Part shown: positions 8,961 through 18,509 of the stretch, piece after piece
Numbering within the stretch: position 1 is the first letter of the stretch
Layout: every line of letters starts with the position of its first letter
DNA from: an uncultured Gemmatimonadales bacterium
Lineage (GTDB): Bacteria; Gemmatimonadota; Gemmatimonadetes; Gemmatimonadales; GWC2-71-9
Assembly (NCBI GenBank): GCA_963825055.1
Contig: CAWGSK010000007.1
Location: 1-64,000 of the forward strand
DNA length: 64,000 nt
Reading direction: 5' to 3'
Notes under the pieces: generated by a model
Database searches by the model: none
The model's input: only the letters and a program-made list of their open reading frames with translations
Told to the model about the DNA's origin: nothing
Translations under genes and position numbers: made by a program

Positions 8961-10252
8961 TCGACTCCGAAGCCAAGGGTCGTGAGGTAGGCCGCCCGGG
9001 CGCGGGCGAGTTCGACGGCGTGTTGCTGCCGGTCGAGGCTGGCCCGCAGGAGTTCCGTGCGGCGGTCGAGGTACTGGGTGGCAGTGATCGTTCCCTCTTC
9101 GAGCTGGGCGAGCGCCTGCCGTTCCACCTGGCCGCGCAGGGTGACGATCTGGTCATCGGTCGCGATGACCTCCTGCAGCCGGTCGATCGACTGGAGCACG
9201 TCACGGGTTTCCCGGTCGAGCCGGTCGGCGAAGGCGGCTTCTTCCGTCCTGACCACCTGCTGCTGCAGGTCGAGCGCTTCCTGCTCTTTCCGGGTGCGCC
9301 CCCAGTTGAAGGGGCTCCAGCGGAGCCGCAGGCCGGCCATCCAGAAGTCATCGAGGGAGCGGTTGAACTGGTCGAGACCCGGCCGGCCCACGCCACCTTC
9401 CCCGAAGGCGGTGATCCGGGGCAGGCGTTCGGCGTTCAGGGCCTTGCTCCGCTCCTCCAGCAGCAGCCGGGAACGCGCGAAGCTCGTGAATTCGGGCCGG
9501 CCCCGTGCCCGGGTCTGGTCGCTCCGTGCCGCCGTGACCATCGGCTCGAGTTCGGGCATGGCGAGATGGTCGGTGGACCGGATGGAACGTCCCGTGAGAC
9601 GACCCAGGACTTCGAGCGCCGCTTCCTGCTGCCCTTCCATCCGCGTCCGTTGCTGGCGGGCGCCGAGCAACTCCGCGAGCACTGCGGCGGAGTCACCGGG
9701 GAGTGCCGTTCCCTCTTCCACCCGGGCGCGCACCAGGCCGAGCCTGGACTCCAGGTCTGCGATGAGAGCGTCGTGCTCGGCGAGTTGCTGCTGGAGGAGC
9801 AGCGCCGAGAAGAACGCCTGGTTCACCTCGATGCGAAGGCCGTAGAGCGCGGTGGCGACCCCGGCCTGTTCCTGGGCCAGTCGGGCCGACTCGACGGCGC
9901 GCCGCCTGGCGACGGATCCACCGTCATAGATCATCTGTTCGACACGGACCGTGCCCTGGTAGCGCTCCTTTGGAGGAACCGGAACGGAGACCCCTGGAAG
10001 GGAGCCGCCGAAGGAGGTCACGTCGCTTTGCCACGAGGCCTCGCCATTCAGGCTGACCTGGGGGAGCCGGTCGGTGGCGATGGCGCCCTGACGAAGTGCG
10101 GAAGCCGAATCCAGGAGTGCGAGCTGCCGTCCGCGCGGGTCGTGTGCGACGGCTGACTGCTGGAGCGGCCCGAGCTGAAGCGTGTCCTGGGCCCGGGCGA
10201 CGGCGGGCGCGGACACGGCAAGGAATGCCGTGAGAAGCAGGTGTCTGGTCAT
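8957..10252 (-). CDS. TolC-family outer-membrane efflux protein, copy 1
   Basis: Signal peptide, repeated helical TolC architecture, position between TetR and HlyD. Confidence 0.88.
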   Translation of the reverse strand: MTRHLLLTAFLAVSAPAVARAQDTLQLGPLQQSAVAHDPRGRQLALLDSASALRQGAIATDRLPQVSLNGEASWQSDVTSFGGSLPGVSVPVPPKERYQGTVRVEQMIYDGGSVARRRAVESARLAQEQAGVATALYGLRIEVNQAFFSALLLQQQLAEHDALIADLESRLGLVRARVEEGTALPGDSAAVLAELLGARQQRTRMEGQQEAALEVLGRLTGRSIRSTDHLAMPELEPMVTAARSDQTRARGRPEFTSFARSRLLLEERSKALNAERLPRITAFGEGGVGRPGLDQFNRSLDDFWMAGLRLRWSPFNWGRTRKEQEALDLQQQVVRTEEAAFADRLDRETRDVLQSIDRLQEVIATDDQIVTLRGQVERQALAQLEEGTITATQYLDRRTELLRASLDRQQHAVELARARAAYLTTLGFGVE

Positions 10253-10881
10253 GGCCGGAGTGCGTTCAGGAAGAAGCGGGGCAGTTCCGTGCGGCGGCGG
10301 GCGATGAAGTCCTCGAAGGTTCCACCTCCCGTGCCGAGCAGGAACTCGAGCATCGGGCGCGCGGCGAACGGGAAGATGCAGAGCGAGAGCAGGTTGACGA
10401 CGAACTGGTCCGGGGTGATCGGGCGCATGGTTCCGGCGTCCACTGCTTCGGTGATCTGGCGTGCGAGAGCCCCGAACATGTCCGGGACGGCCGCATTCAC
10501 GTGGTCGCCGATCAGGGCCCGCGCCAGCTGGCCGGCTCGTGCCGGGTCGTGGTTCAACTCGCTCAGGATATAGCCCGGCAGGAATGGTGACCGGAGCAGG
10601 TTGTCGATCTCGAGTGCGACCACCCGCTCGACCTTGGCCTCGAGAGGCAGGTCCGCGGAGAGCGTGGCCACCACCGGCGGCATGAGGGAGCGCGCGGCGC
10701 GTACGAAAACAGCCTCGGCCAGGGCGGCCTTGTTCCGGTAGTAGTAATGGAGGAGGGCCTGGTTGACCCCGGCCTCTTCCGCGATCTCCTGCATCCGGGC
10801 CCCGGCCGTGCCGCGCCGGAGAAAGACCGTGTGCGCGGCTTCCAGAATGCGTTCTTCCGTTTCCTTCTCGCGCTCAGCCAC
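10249..10881 (-). CDS. TetR/AcrR-family regulator, copy 1
   Basis: N-terminal HTH ARMQEIAEEAGVNQALLHYYY. Confidence 0.92.
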   Translation of the reverse strand: MAEREKETEERILEAAHTVFLRRGTAGARMQEIAEEAGVNQALLHYYYRNKAALAEAVFVRAARSLMPPVVATLSADLPLEAKVERVVALEIDNLLRSPFLPGYILSELNHDPARAGQLARALIGDHVNAAVPDMFGALARQITEAVDAGTMRPITPDQFVVNLLSLCIFPFAARPMLEFLLGTGGGTFEDFIARRRTELPRFFLNALRP

Positions 10882-10903
10882 TGGCCGCTCGTTTCATTGA
10901 GTT

Positions 10904-10923
10904 ATTTAACTATTTAGTTAAAT
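10904..10923. promoter_or_regulatory. Putative TetR operator ATTTAACTA-TT-TAGTTAAAT (copy 1)
   Basis: Perfect 9-bp AT-rich inverted repeat just upstream of the tetR start; overlaps a candidate minus-strand promoter with TTGACT -35. Confidence 0.75.
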
Positions 10924-11133
10924 GCCCTGATTGAGTCAACCCCGGGAGGGATGGATGGGCATGGCTGTTGCCCGGCAACGGTGGAGGGAGCCGGCCTGGA
11001 CGCGAGCCGGGCCACCCCATAGAACCACGCTATCTCCATCAACCGCAAGGGGTTAATGCGGCGCGTCTGGCAGCCATCTGCCGACCCGGCCATGTATCCC
11101 GGGCAGTGACAACCTTTTCAGGAGCCACGCTTC

Positions 11134-11973
11134 ATGCGCGACTTGCAATGCAGGACTTCGCGGTATGTCGGACTCGCCCTTATCGCCGGCGCCGTTCTCA
11201 CCGGCTGCGGCAAGGACTCCGGTCCGACCCAGACCGAGCTGACTGATGTGCAGGCCGAGCAGGTCGGCAGCGCGATCGCGAGCCAGGTGGAGCTGATGGT
11301 CAACTCGTTCACGGTCTCCGACCTCAGCAACCCCACGTTCTTTGCGCCGGGCAGTCCGGCCATGGCGGCCCCGCCGATGCGTTCCGCCGGTCCGTGTCCG
11401 GGCGTGAGCGACCTGACCGATACCGATGCGGACGGCGTCCCCGACGACGTCACCTTTACCTACAGCCTGCCGGACTGCTCCTTCACCGACTCGAGCGGCG
11501 TGGGCACTGAGGTGACGGGAACGATCCGGATCGTGGATCCTTCAACGACGGCCATTGCCTACAACGGGACGTTCACCAACTTCGCGATCAAGTTCACCGG
11601 CCAGAACCAGGACTTCTTCACCACCACGCTGAGCGGCACCCGCGGCCTTACCGCGACGAGCGCCTCGGCCAGCCTGAACGAGAACCTGACCATGGACCTT
11701 CTGGCCCACTCGGGGAACCAGAACGTCAGCGGCCGGCTCACCAACAGCTGGTCGGCCAATTTCAACGTGACCAGCGGCCAGCTTGCCGCCGACCAGGACC
11801 TGCCGGACGGCACGTTTACGATCGACGGCAATACCGGCTGGAAGATCAATGGCGAGTCGTTCGCGTTCACGGTGAACACCAGTTCCCCGCTCATCTACAG
11901 CTCGGGTTGCCTTTCCGACCAGCGGTTCATCAGGATCAGGATCGTGAGTGTCTGCCGGTCCCGCAGGATGTGA
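11134..11973 (+). pseudogene. Chimeric, C-terminally truncated copy of the lipoprotein at 16771-17685
   Basis: Identical protein up to …SDQRF, then IRIRIVSVCRSRRM read from the antisense strand of the permease across the junction. Confidence 0.85.
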
Positions 11974-12020
11974 CGCATCTCCTTCGCCATGAAGGCCCGG
12001 AGCGCGGAACGGTGCTTCAC
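11895..12020 (-). pseudogene. 5' fragment of the YbhS-like permease (41 aa chimera)
   Basis: MKHRSALRAFMAKEMRHILRDRQTLTILILM, then runs into antisense lipoprotein sequence and stops. Confidence 0.85.
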
Positions 12021-12754
12021 GCGGCCGCTCCCGGCCGGGCGAGCCGGACGAAGACCTCATCCATGGTGTCGGCCTGGTACGTCACCTTCAGTTCCGCCGG
12101 CGTTCCGAGCGCGGCGATCCTTCCATCCACCATGATGGAAACCCGGTCGCAGTACTCGGCCTCATCCATGTAATGAGTGGTGACGAACACCGTGGTCCCG
12201 GCCGCCGCGGTGGCATAGATCGTCTCCCAGAACCGGCGCCGCGTGATGGGGTCCACACCGCCGGTCGGCTCGTCCAGGAAGATGATTTCAGGCTCATGAA
12301 TGAGGGCGACCGAGAAGGCCAGTTTCTGCTTCCAGCCGAGTGGCAGGCCAGCCACCAGCTGGTCGGCGGCGTGCTCCAGTTCGAGGCTCCTCAGCAGCTC
12401 GCTGACCCGGGCCTTCAGTCTGGCCCCGAACAGGCCGTAGATGCCGCCGTAGAGACGGATGTTCTCCCGGACCGTGAGGTCTTCATAGAGCGAGAATCGC
12501 TGGCTCATGTAACCGATGCTGCGGCGTACGGCTTCCGTCTCGGTCCGCACGTCATGGCCGGCCACCGTCGCCTCGCCCTCCGTGGGCGCGAGGAGGCCGA
12601 TGAGCATCTTGATCGCCGTGGTCTTGCCGGCGCCGTTGGCACCCAGGAAGCCGAAGATCTCGCCCGGTTTCACGGAGAAGGAAATCGCGTCCACCGCGGT
12701 GAACGCGCCGAATCGGCGGGTGAGCCCGCGCACCTCGATGGCCGGCCCGCTCAC
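12017..12754 (-). CDS. ABC transporter ATP-binding protein (copy 2)
   Basis: Protein identical to 6380-7117. Confidence 0.92.
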   Translation of the reverse strand: MSGPAIEVRGLTRRFGAFTAVDAISFSVKPGEIFGFLGANGAGKTTAIKMLIGLLAPTEGEATVAGHDVRTETEAVRRSIGYMSQRFSLYEDLTVRENIRLYGGIYGLFGARLKARVSELLRSLELEHAADQLVAGLPLGWKQKLAFSVALIHEPEIIFLDEPTGGVDPITRRRFWETIYATAAAGTTVFVTTHYMDEAEYCDRVSIMVDGRIAALGTPAELKVTYQADTMDEVFVRLARPGAAA

Positions 12755-13698
12755 GCGGCGCCCTCCGGCGCTTCATCCATGAGCGCCATGAACACATCCT
12801 CGATGCCCGCCGGCAGCGGCGTCACGGTGGCCCCGGGAAATCCCGCCGCGCCCAGCCACCCGAGCAGGTCCTGCGCGAGCTCGGTTTCCCCGAGGCTCCC
12901 CCGGTCATCGGTGTAATGCAGGGTGTCGCCGAACGCATAGACCGACCGGCAGTGCGGACGGTCGCGGAGGGCCAGCAGCATCCGGAAGCGCTCCGGACCG
13001 CCCACGGCAAGGAGTGGCAGCGGATGGCGGCCTCCCAGTGCCCCTGGCTGGTCGATCCCGAGAATCCTGCCCTTCTGGATGAGGGCAACCCGGTCGCACC
13101 GGCCCGCCTCGTCCATATAGGGGGTGGATACCAGGATGGTCAGCCCCTGCGCCTTGAGCGTGGCCAGCAGTTCCCAGAACTCCTGGCGGGAGACGGCATC
13201 CACGCCGGTGGTGGGCTCGTCCAGGAAGAGAATCTCCGGCCGGTGCACCAGGGCACACGACAGGGCCAGCTTCTGTTTCATGCCTCCCGAGAGGGCGTCC
13301 GCCCGGCGGTCGCGGAAGGGGGCGATCTGGTCATAGATCGGTGCGATGAGCTCGTGGCCTTCTTCCGGTGTCGTCCCGAAGACCGAGGCGAAGAAGCGCA
13401 GGTTCTCCTCGACACTCAGGTCGGGGTACAGCGAAAATCGCCCGGGCATGTAGCCGACCCGGGAACGGATCTCCCACATGTCCCGCACCACGTCCCGTCC
13501 GAGCACGGTCGCGTGGCCCGCATCGGGGAGGAGCAGGGTGCAGAGGATCCGGAACAAAGTGGTCTTGCCCGCGCCATCGGGACCGATGAAGCCGAATAAT
13601 TCACCCGGCTCCACCTGGAAGGAGATGCCGTCGAGGGCCGTGGTTTCACCGTAGCGGCGAACGAGGTCGGTCGCCTGCACCACCGGTCCCGTACTCAC
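12751..13698 (-). CDS. ABC transporter ATP-binding protein (copy 2)
   Basis: As 7114-8061 with V9A. Confidence 0.92.
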   Translation of the reverse strand: MSTGPVVQATDLVRRYGETTALDGISFQVEPGELFGFIGPDGAGKTTLFRILCTLLLPDAGHATVLGRDVVRDMWEIRSRVGYMPGRFSLYPDLSVEENLRFFASVFGTTPEEGHELIAPIYDQIAPFRDRRADALSGGMKQKLALSCALVHRPEILFLDEPTTGVDAVSRQEFWELLATLKAQGLTILVSTPYMDEAGRCDRVALIQKGRILGIDQPGALGGRHPLPLLAVGGPERFRMLLALRDRPHCRSVYAFGDTLHYTDDRGSLGETELAQDLLGWLGAAGFPGATVTPLPAGIEDVFMALMDEAPEGAA

Positions 13699-14597
13699 CG
13701 GGGCTCGCCTGCAGTGAAGGTCACATCGGCGGGCATGCCGATCTTCAGCGCACCGTCGGGGTTTGCCACGCGGATCTTCACGGCATAGACCAGGTCCGCG
13801 CGTTCATCTCGAGTCTGGACTGGTGTCGGAGTGAACTCGGCTTCATCGGCAACCCAGCTCACGATACCGGGGAAGGTCCGGAGCCCGTCGGGGCCGTCCA
13901 CGCTGACGGTGACCTGGCCACCCAGTCGCAGTGAGGCGAGCTGTGCCTCCGAGACCCACGCACGCAGCGTGAGCGTATCGAGCGGGGCGATCCGGAAGAG
14001 GGGCTGGCCGGGCTGGACGTATTCGCCCGGCTCGGCAAAGGTCGCGAGGACCGTTCCAGTAACCGGGCTCGTGATGCGACTCTTCTCGAGCCGGTCCTGA
14101 AGCTGGGCGATCTGTGCGTCCACGGCCTTCGTCTGCTGGGTGGTTCCGCTGGTCTGGTGGCGGGCAGCCCCCAGCTGCTCTTCCAGCGTACGGACTCGGG
14201 ACTCGGCCTGGTCCAGCTGCTGCGGCGTGGCGGCCTGGCGATCGTGCAGCCGCCGGATCCGGCCCAGGTCGTTGCGGGCAATCTGCAACTGCGATTCGAG
14301 CGCGGCTGCTTCCGATCCAGCCTGCCCGGTGCGTGCGTGGGCTCCGGCCTTCTCGGCCTGGAGCGCCCGGAGCTGCAGCGTGACCTGCGTGGTATCAACG
14401 AGTCCCACCACCCTGCCGGACTCGACGCGGTCGCCCTCGTCCACGTCGAACCTGAGCAACTGTCCACTGGTCTCGGCGCTCACCGTCACGTCGGTCGCCT
14501 CGAAGTTGCCCCAGGCATCCGGGGAGGAGGCGCGCCCGCAGGAGGCGATTGCCAGGAGGCCGGCAAGTGCCGCGGGAAGTGTGGCCGGTCGCATCAT
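13695..14597 (-). CDS. HlyD-family periplasmic adaptor, copy 2
   Basis: As 8058-8960 with one F>V change. Confidence 0.9.
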   Translation of the reverse strand: MMRPATLPAALAGLLAIASCGRASSPDAWGNFEATDVTVSAETSGQLLRFDVDEGDRVESGRVVGLVDTTQVTLQLRALQAEKAGAHARTGQAGSEAAALESQLQIARNDLGRIRRLHDRQAATPQQLDQAESRVRTLEEQLGAARHQTSGTTQQTKAVDAQIAQLQDRLEKSRITSPVTGTVLATFAEPGEYVQPGQPLFRIAPLDTLTLRAWVSEAQLASLRLGGQVTVSVDGPDGLRTFPGIVSWVADEAEFTPTPVQTRDERADLVYAVKIRVANPDGALKIGMPADVTFTAGEPR

Positions 14598-15889
14598 TCG
14601 ACTCCGAAGCCAAGGGTCGTGAGGTAGGCCGCCCGGGCGCGGGCGAGTTCGACGGCGTGTTGCTGCCGGTCGAGGCTGGCCCGCAGGAGTTCCGTGCGGC
14701 GGTCGAGGTACTGGGTGGCAGTGATCGTTCCCTCTTCGAGCTGGGCGAGCGCCTGCCGTTCCACCTGGCCGCGCAGGGCGACGATCTGGTCATCGGTCGC
14801 GATGACCTCCTGCAGCCGGTCGATCGACTGGAGCACGTCACGGGTTTCCCGGTCGAGCCGGTCGGCGAAGGCGGCTTCTTCCGTCCTGACCACCTGCTGC
14901 TGCAGGTCGAGCGCTTCCTGCTCTTTCCGGGTGCGCCCCCAGTTGAAGGGGCTCCAGCGGAGCCGCAGGCCGGCCATCCAGAAGTCATCGAGGGAGCGGT
15001 TGAACTGGTCGAGACCCGGCCGGCCCACGCCACCTTCCCCGAAAGCGGTGATCCGGGGCAGGCGTTCGGCATTCAGGGCCTTGCTCCGCTCCTCCAGCAG
15101 GAGCCGGGAACGCGCGAAGCTCGTGAATTCGGGCCGGCCCCGTGCCCGGGTCTGGTCGCTCCGTGCCGCCGTGACCATCCGCTCGAGTTCGGGCATGGCG
15201 AGATGGTCGGTGGACCGGATGGAACGTCCCGTGAGACGACCCAGGACTTCGAGCGCCGCTTCCTGCTGCCCTTCCATCCGCGTCCGTTGCTGGCGGGCGC
15301 CGAGCAACTCCGCGAGCACTGCGGCGGAGTCACCGGGGAGTGCCGTTCCCTCTTCCACCCGGGCGCGCACCAGGCCGAGCCTGGACTCCAGGTCTGCGAT
15401 GAGAGCGTCGTGCTCGGCGAGTTGCTGCTGGAGGAGCAGCGCCGAGAAGAACGCCTGGTTCACCTCGATGCGAAGGCCGTAGAGCGCGGTGGCGACCCCG
15501 GCCTGTTCCTGGGCCAGTCGGGCCGACTCGACGGCGCGCCGCCTGGCGACGGATCCACCGTCATAGATCACCTGTTCGACACGGACCGTGCCCTGGTAGC
15601 GCTCCTTTGGAGGAACCGGAACGGAGACCCCTGGAAGGGAGCCGCCGAAGGAGGTCACGTCGCTTTGCCACGAGGCCTCGCCATTCAGGCTGACCTGGGG
15701 GAGCCGGTCGGTGGCGATGGCGCCCTGTCGAAGTGCGGAAGCCGAATCCAGGAGTGCGAGCTGCCGTCCGCGCGGGTCGTGTGCGACGGCTGACTGCTGG
15801 AGCGGCCCGAGTTGAAGCGTGTCCTGGGCCCGGGCGACGACGGGCGCGGACATGGCAAGGAATGCCGTGAGAAGCAGGTGTCTGGTCAT
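14594..15889 (-). CDS. TolC-family outer-membrane efflux protein, copy 2
   Basis: As 8957-10252 with five amino-acid changes. Confidence 0.88.
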   Translation of the reverse strand: MTRHLLLTAFLAMSAPVVARAQDTLQLGPLQQSAVAHDPRGRQLALLDSASALRQGAIATDRLPQVSLNGEASWQSDVTSFGGSLPGVSVPVPPKERYQGTVRVEQVIYDGGSVARRRAVESARLAQEQAGVATALYGLRIEVNQAFFSALLLQQQLAEHDALIADLESRLGLVRARVEEGTALPGDSAAVLAELLGARQQRTRMEGQQEAALEVLGRLTGRSIRSTDHLAMPELERMVTAARSDQTRARGRPEFTSFARSRLLLEERSKALNAERLPRITAFGEGGVGRPGLDQFNRSLDDFWMAGLRLRWSPFNWGRTRKEQEALDLQQQVVRTEEAAFADRLDRETRDVLQSIDRLQEVIATDDQIVALRGQVERQALAQLEEGTITATQYLDRRTELLRASLDRQQHAVELARARAAYLTTLGFGVE

Positions 15890-16518
15890 GGCCGGAGTGC
15901 GTTCAGGAAGAAGCGGGGCAGTTCCGTGCGGCGGCGGGCGATGAAGTCCTCGAAGGTTCCACCTCCCGTGCCGAGCAGGAACTCGAGCATCGGGCGCGCG
16001 GCGAACGGGAAGATGCAGAGCGAGAGCAGGTTGACGACGAACTGGTCCGGGGTGATCGGGCGCATGGTTCCGGCGTCCACTGCTTCGGTGATCTGGCGTG
16101 CGAGAGCCCCGAACATGTCCGGGACGGCCGCATTCACGTGGTCGCCGATCAGGGCCCGCGCCAGCTGGCCGGCTCGTGCCGGGTCGTGGTTCAACTCGCT
16201 CAGGATATAGCCCGGCAGGAATGGTGACCGGAGCAGGTTGTCGATCTCGAGTGCGACCACCCGCTCAACCTTGGCCTCGAGAGGCAGGTCCGCGGAGAGC
16301 GTGGCCACCACCGGCGGCATCAGGGAGCGCGCGGCGCGTACGAAAACAGCCTCGGCCAGGGCGGCCTTGTTCCGGTAGTAGTAATGGAGGAGGGCCTGGT
16401 TGACCCCGGCCTCTTCCGCGATCTCCTGCATCCGGGCCCCGGCCGTGCCGCGCCGGAGAAAGACCGTGTGCGCGGCTTCCAGAATGCGTTCTTCCGTTTC
16501 CTTCTCGCGCTCAGCCAC
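15886..16518 (-). CDS. TetR/AcrR-family regulator, copy 2
   Basis: Protein identical to 10249-10881. Confidence 0.92.
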   Translation of the reverse strand: MAEREKETEERILEAAHTVFLRRGTAGARMQEIAEEAGVNQALLHYYYRNKAALAEAVFVRAARSLMPPVVATLSADLPLEAKVERVVALEIDNLLRSPFLPGYILSELNHDPARAGQLARALIGDHVNAAVPDMFGALARQITEAVDAGTMRPITPDQFVVNLLSLCIFPFAARPMLEFLLGTGGGTFEDFIARRRTELPRFFLNALRP

Positions 16519-16540
16519 TGGCCGCTCGTTTCATTGAGTT

Positions 16541-16560
16541 ATTTAACTATTTAGTTAAAT
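16541..16560. promoter_or_regulatory. Putative TetR operator (copy 2)
   Basis: Same inverted repeat as 10904-10923. Confidence 0.75.
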
Positions 16561-16770
16561 GCCCTGATTAAGTCAACCCCGGGAGGGATGGATGGGCATG
16601 GCTGTTGCCCGGCAACGGTGGAGGGAGCCGGCCTGGACGCGAGCCGGGCCACCCCATAGAACCACGCTATCTCCATCAACCGCAAGGGGTTAATGCGGCG
16701 CGTCTGGCAGCCATCTGCCGACCCGGCCATGTATCCCGGGCAGTGACAACCTTTTCAGGAGCCACGCTTC

Positions 16771-17685
16771 ATGCGCGACTTGCAATGCAGGACTTCGCGG
16801 TATGTCGGACTCGCCCTTATCGCCGGCGCCGTTCTCACTGGCTGCGGCAAGGACTCCGGTCCGACCCAGACCGAGCTGACTGATGTGCAGGCGGAGCAGG
16901 TCGGCAGCGCGATCGCGAGCCAGGTGGAGCTGATGGTCAACTCGTTCACGGTCTCCGACCTCAGCAACCCCACGTTCTTTGCGCCGGGCAGTCCGGCCAT
17001 GGCGGCCCCGCCGATGCGTTCCGCCGGTCCGTGTCCGGGCGTGAGCGACCTGACCGATACCGATGCCGACGGCGTCCCCGACGACGTCACCTTTACCTAC
17101 AGCCTGCCGGACTGCTCCTTCACCGACTCGAGCGGCGTGGGCACTGAGGTGACGGGAACGATCAGGATCGTGGATCCTTCAACCACGGCCATTGCCTACA
17201 ACGGGACGTTCACCAACTTCGCGATCAAGTTCACCGGCCAGAACCAGGACTTCTTCACCACCACGCTGAGCGGCACCCGCGGACTTACCGCGACGAGCGC
17301 CTCGGCCAGCCTGAACGAGAACCTGACCATGGACCTTCTGGCCCACTCGGGGAACCAGAACGTCAGCGGCCGGCTCACCAACAGCTGGTCGGCCAATTTC
17401 AACGTGACCAGCGGCCAGCTTGCCGCTGACCAGGACCTGCCGGACGGCACGTTTACGATCGACGGCAATACCGGCTGGAAGATCAATGGCGAGTCGTTCG
17501 CGTTCACGGTGAACACCAGCTCCCCGCTCATCTACAGCTCGGGTTGCCTTTCCGACCAGCGGTTCACCGGTGGTCAGCTCCGGGCGCTGATCGAAGGGAA
17601 CGCCCAGGGCGCGTTCGTCCAGATCACCTTCAACGGCTGCGGGGTCGAGCCGACGGTGGTGCTGGTAAGCGGGCCGGCGGCGTAA
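16771..17685 (+). CDS. Hypothetical beta-rich lipoprotein (intact copy)
   Basis: Lipobox LTGC; DTDADGVPDD Ca-binding-like loop; Thr/Ser/Asn-rich; paired Cys. Confidence 0.85.
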   Translation: MRDLQCRTSRYVGLALIAGAVLTGCGKDSGPTQTELTDVQAEQVGSAIASQVELMVNSFTVSDLSNPTFFAPGSPAMAAPPMRSAGPCPGVSDLTDTDADGVPDDVTFTYSLPDCSFTDSSGVGTEVTGTIRIVDPSTTAIAYNGTFTNFAIKFTGQNQDFFTTTLSGTRGLTATSASASLNENLTMDLLAHSGNQNVSGRLTNSWSANFNVTSGQLAADQDLPDGTFTIDGNTGWKINGESFAFTVNTSSPLIYSSGCLSDQRFTGGQLRALIEGNAQGAFVQITFNGCGVEPTVVLVSGPAA

Positions 17686-17777
17686 AGGGGGGTGAGGAGT
17701 TGAGTCGTTGAGCAGTTGAGTCGCGTGATCCCCAGCGACCGCGACATGAACCGCGAAGGACATGAAGGACGCAAAGC

Positions 17778-17806
17778 GCCCGTCGGGTTATCCCGGCGGG
17801 CCTTTT
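17778..17806 (+). terminator. Intrinsic terminator
   Basis: GCCCGTCGGG-TTAT-CCCGGCGGGC followed by CTTTT. Confidence 0.7.
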
Positions 17807-17838
17807 GTCGCAGGTGATTGGGCGGTTAGTGTGGATTC

Positions 17839-18292
17839 ATGAATCCTGAGGTTGCCCTGCGGCCCGTACGGGCCTCTGACATCCCGATCTTCCTCGCCCA
17901 CCAGGGTGAGGAAGAGGCCTTGGCCATGTCCGGACATTCGCCTCGGGACCGGGACGCCTTCTTCGCCCACTGGGAGCGGATACTGGCGGATGACGCCACC
18001 CGGAATGAGTCCGTCATCTGTGACGGTCAGGTCGCGGGCTATGTCTGCCGCTTCACGATGACTGGCGAGCCTTCCGTCGCGTATTGGCTGGGGAGGGAGT
18101 GGTGGGGGAAGGGCATCGCGACCCGGGCGCTGCGAGCTGCTTCTTGAGTCGGAAACTACCCGCCCGCTTCACGCCCGACTCGCCCCGCACAACGTTGGGT
18201 CGCGCCGGGTCCTCGAGAAGTGCGGATTCAGGTTTGTGAGGTTCGAGGGGCGGGAGAACGGTGAGACCGACGTGCTGATGCTATTGGACTGA
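17839..18292 (+). pseudogene. Frameshifted RimJ/RimL-type GNAT acetyltransferase
   Basis: The N-part ends …WGKGIATRAL; the +1 frame from 18134 continues ELLLESETTRPLHARLAPHNVGSRRVLEKCGF…LLD*. Confidence 0.8.
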
Positions 18293-18436
18293 GGCGGCGA
18301 GACCGGCGCCGCCATGTCACGGCGGGCTTCTCCCGGCGCTCGGCTTCTCCCGCCGGCAGGATGGGTCCGGCGGCTCACTACGCACGCGCCCTCCGAAGCC
18401 CTCCGCGCCATGCCAACGCCTTGACCACTCATCGTC

Positions 18437-18503
18437 GCCACCTGCTACTTGCCACTTGCTACTTGCCACTTGCCTACTTGCCACTTGCCACTTGCCACTT
18501 GCC
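18437..18503. repeat. Heptamer tandem repeat (GCYACTT) about 9 units
   Basis: Read directly, just downstream of the moxR stop. Confidence 0.88.
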
Positions 18504-18509
18504 GCCGGT

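Larger units (their letters stand above)
6291..11927. repeat. Tandem duplication, copy 1 (5,637 bp)
   Basis: Sequence and all ORFs recur at an exact +5637 offset. Confidence 0.97.
11928..17564. repeat. Tandem duplication, copy 2 (5,637 bp)
   Basis: About 99.4% identical to 6291-11927 by manual comparison. Confidence 0.97.

Noticed and set aside
11068..11081. Sigma54-like TGGCAG…CTGC upstream of the lipoprotein
   Set aside because: The GG-to-GC spacing is 9 nt rather than the required 10.
6291..17564. The duplication as a transposon or integrative element
   Set aside because: No transposase, integrase, terminal inverted repeats or target-site duplication.
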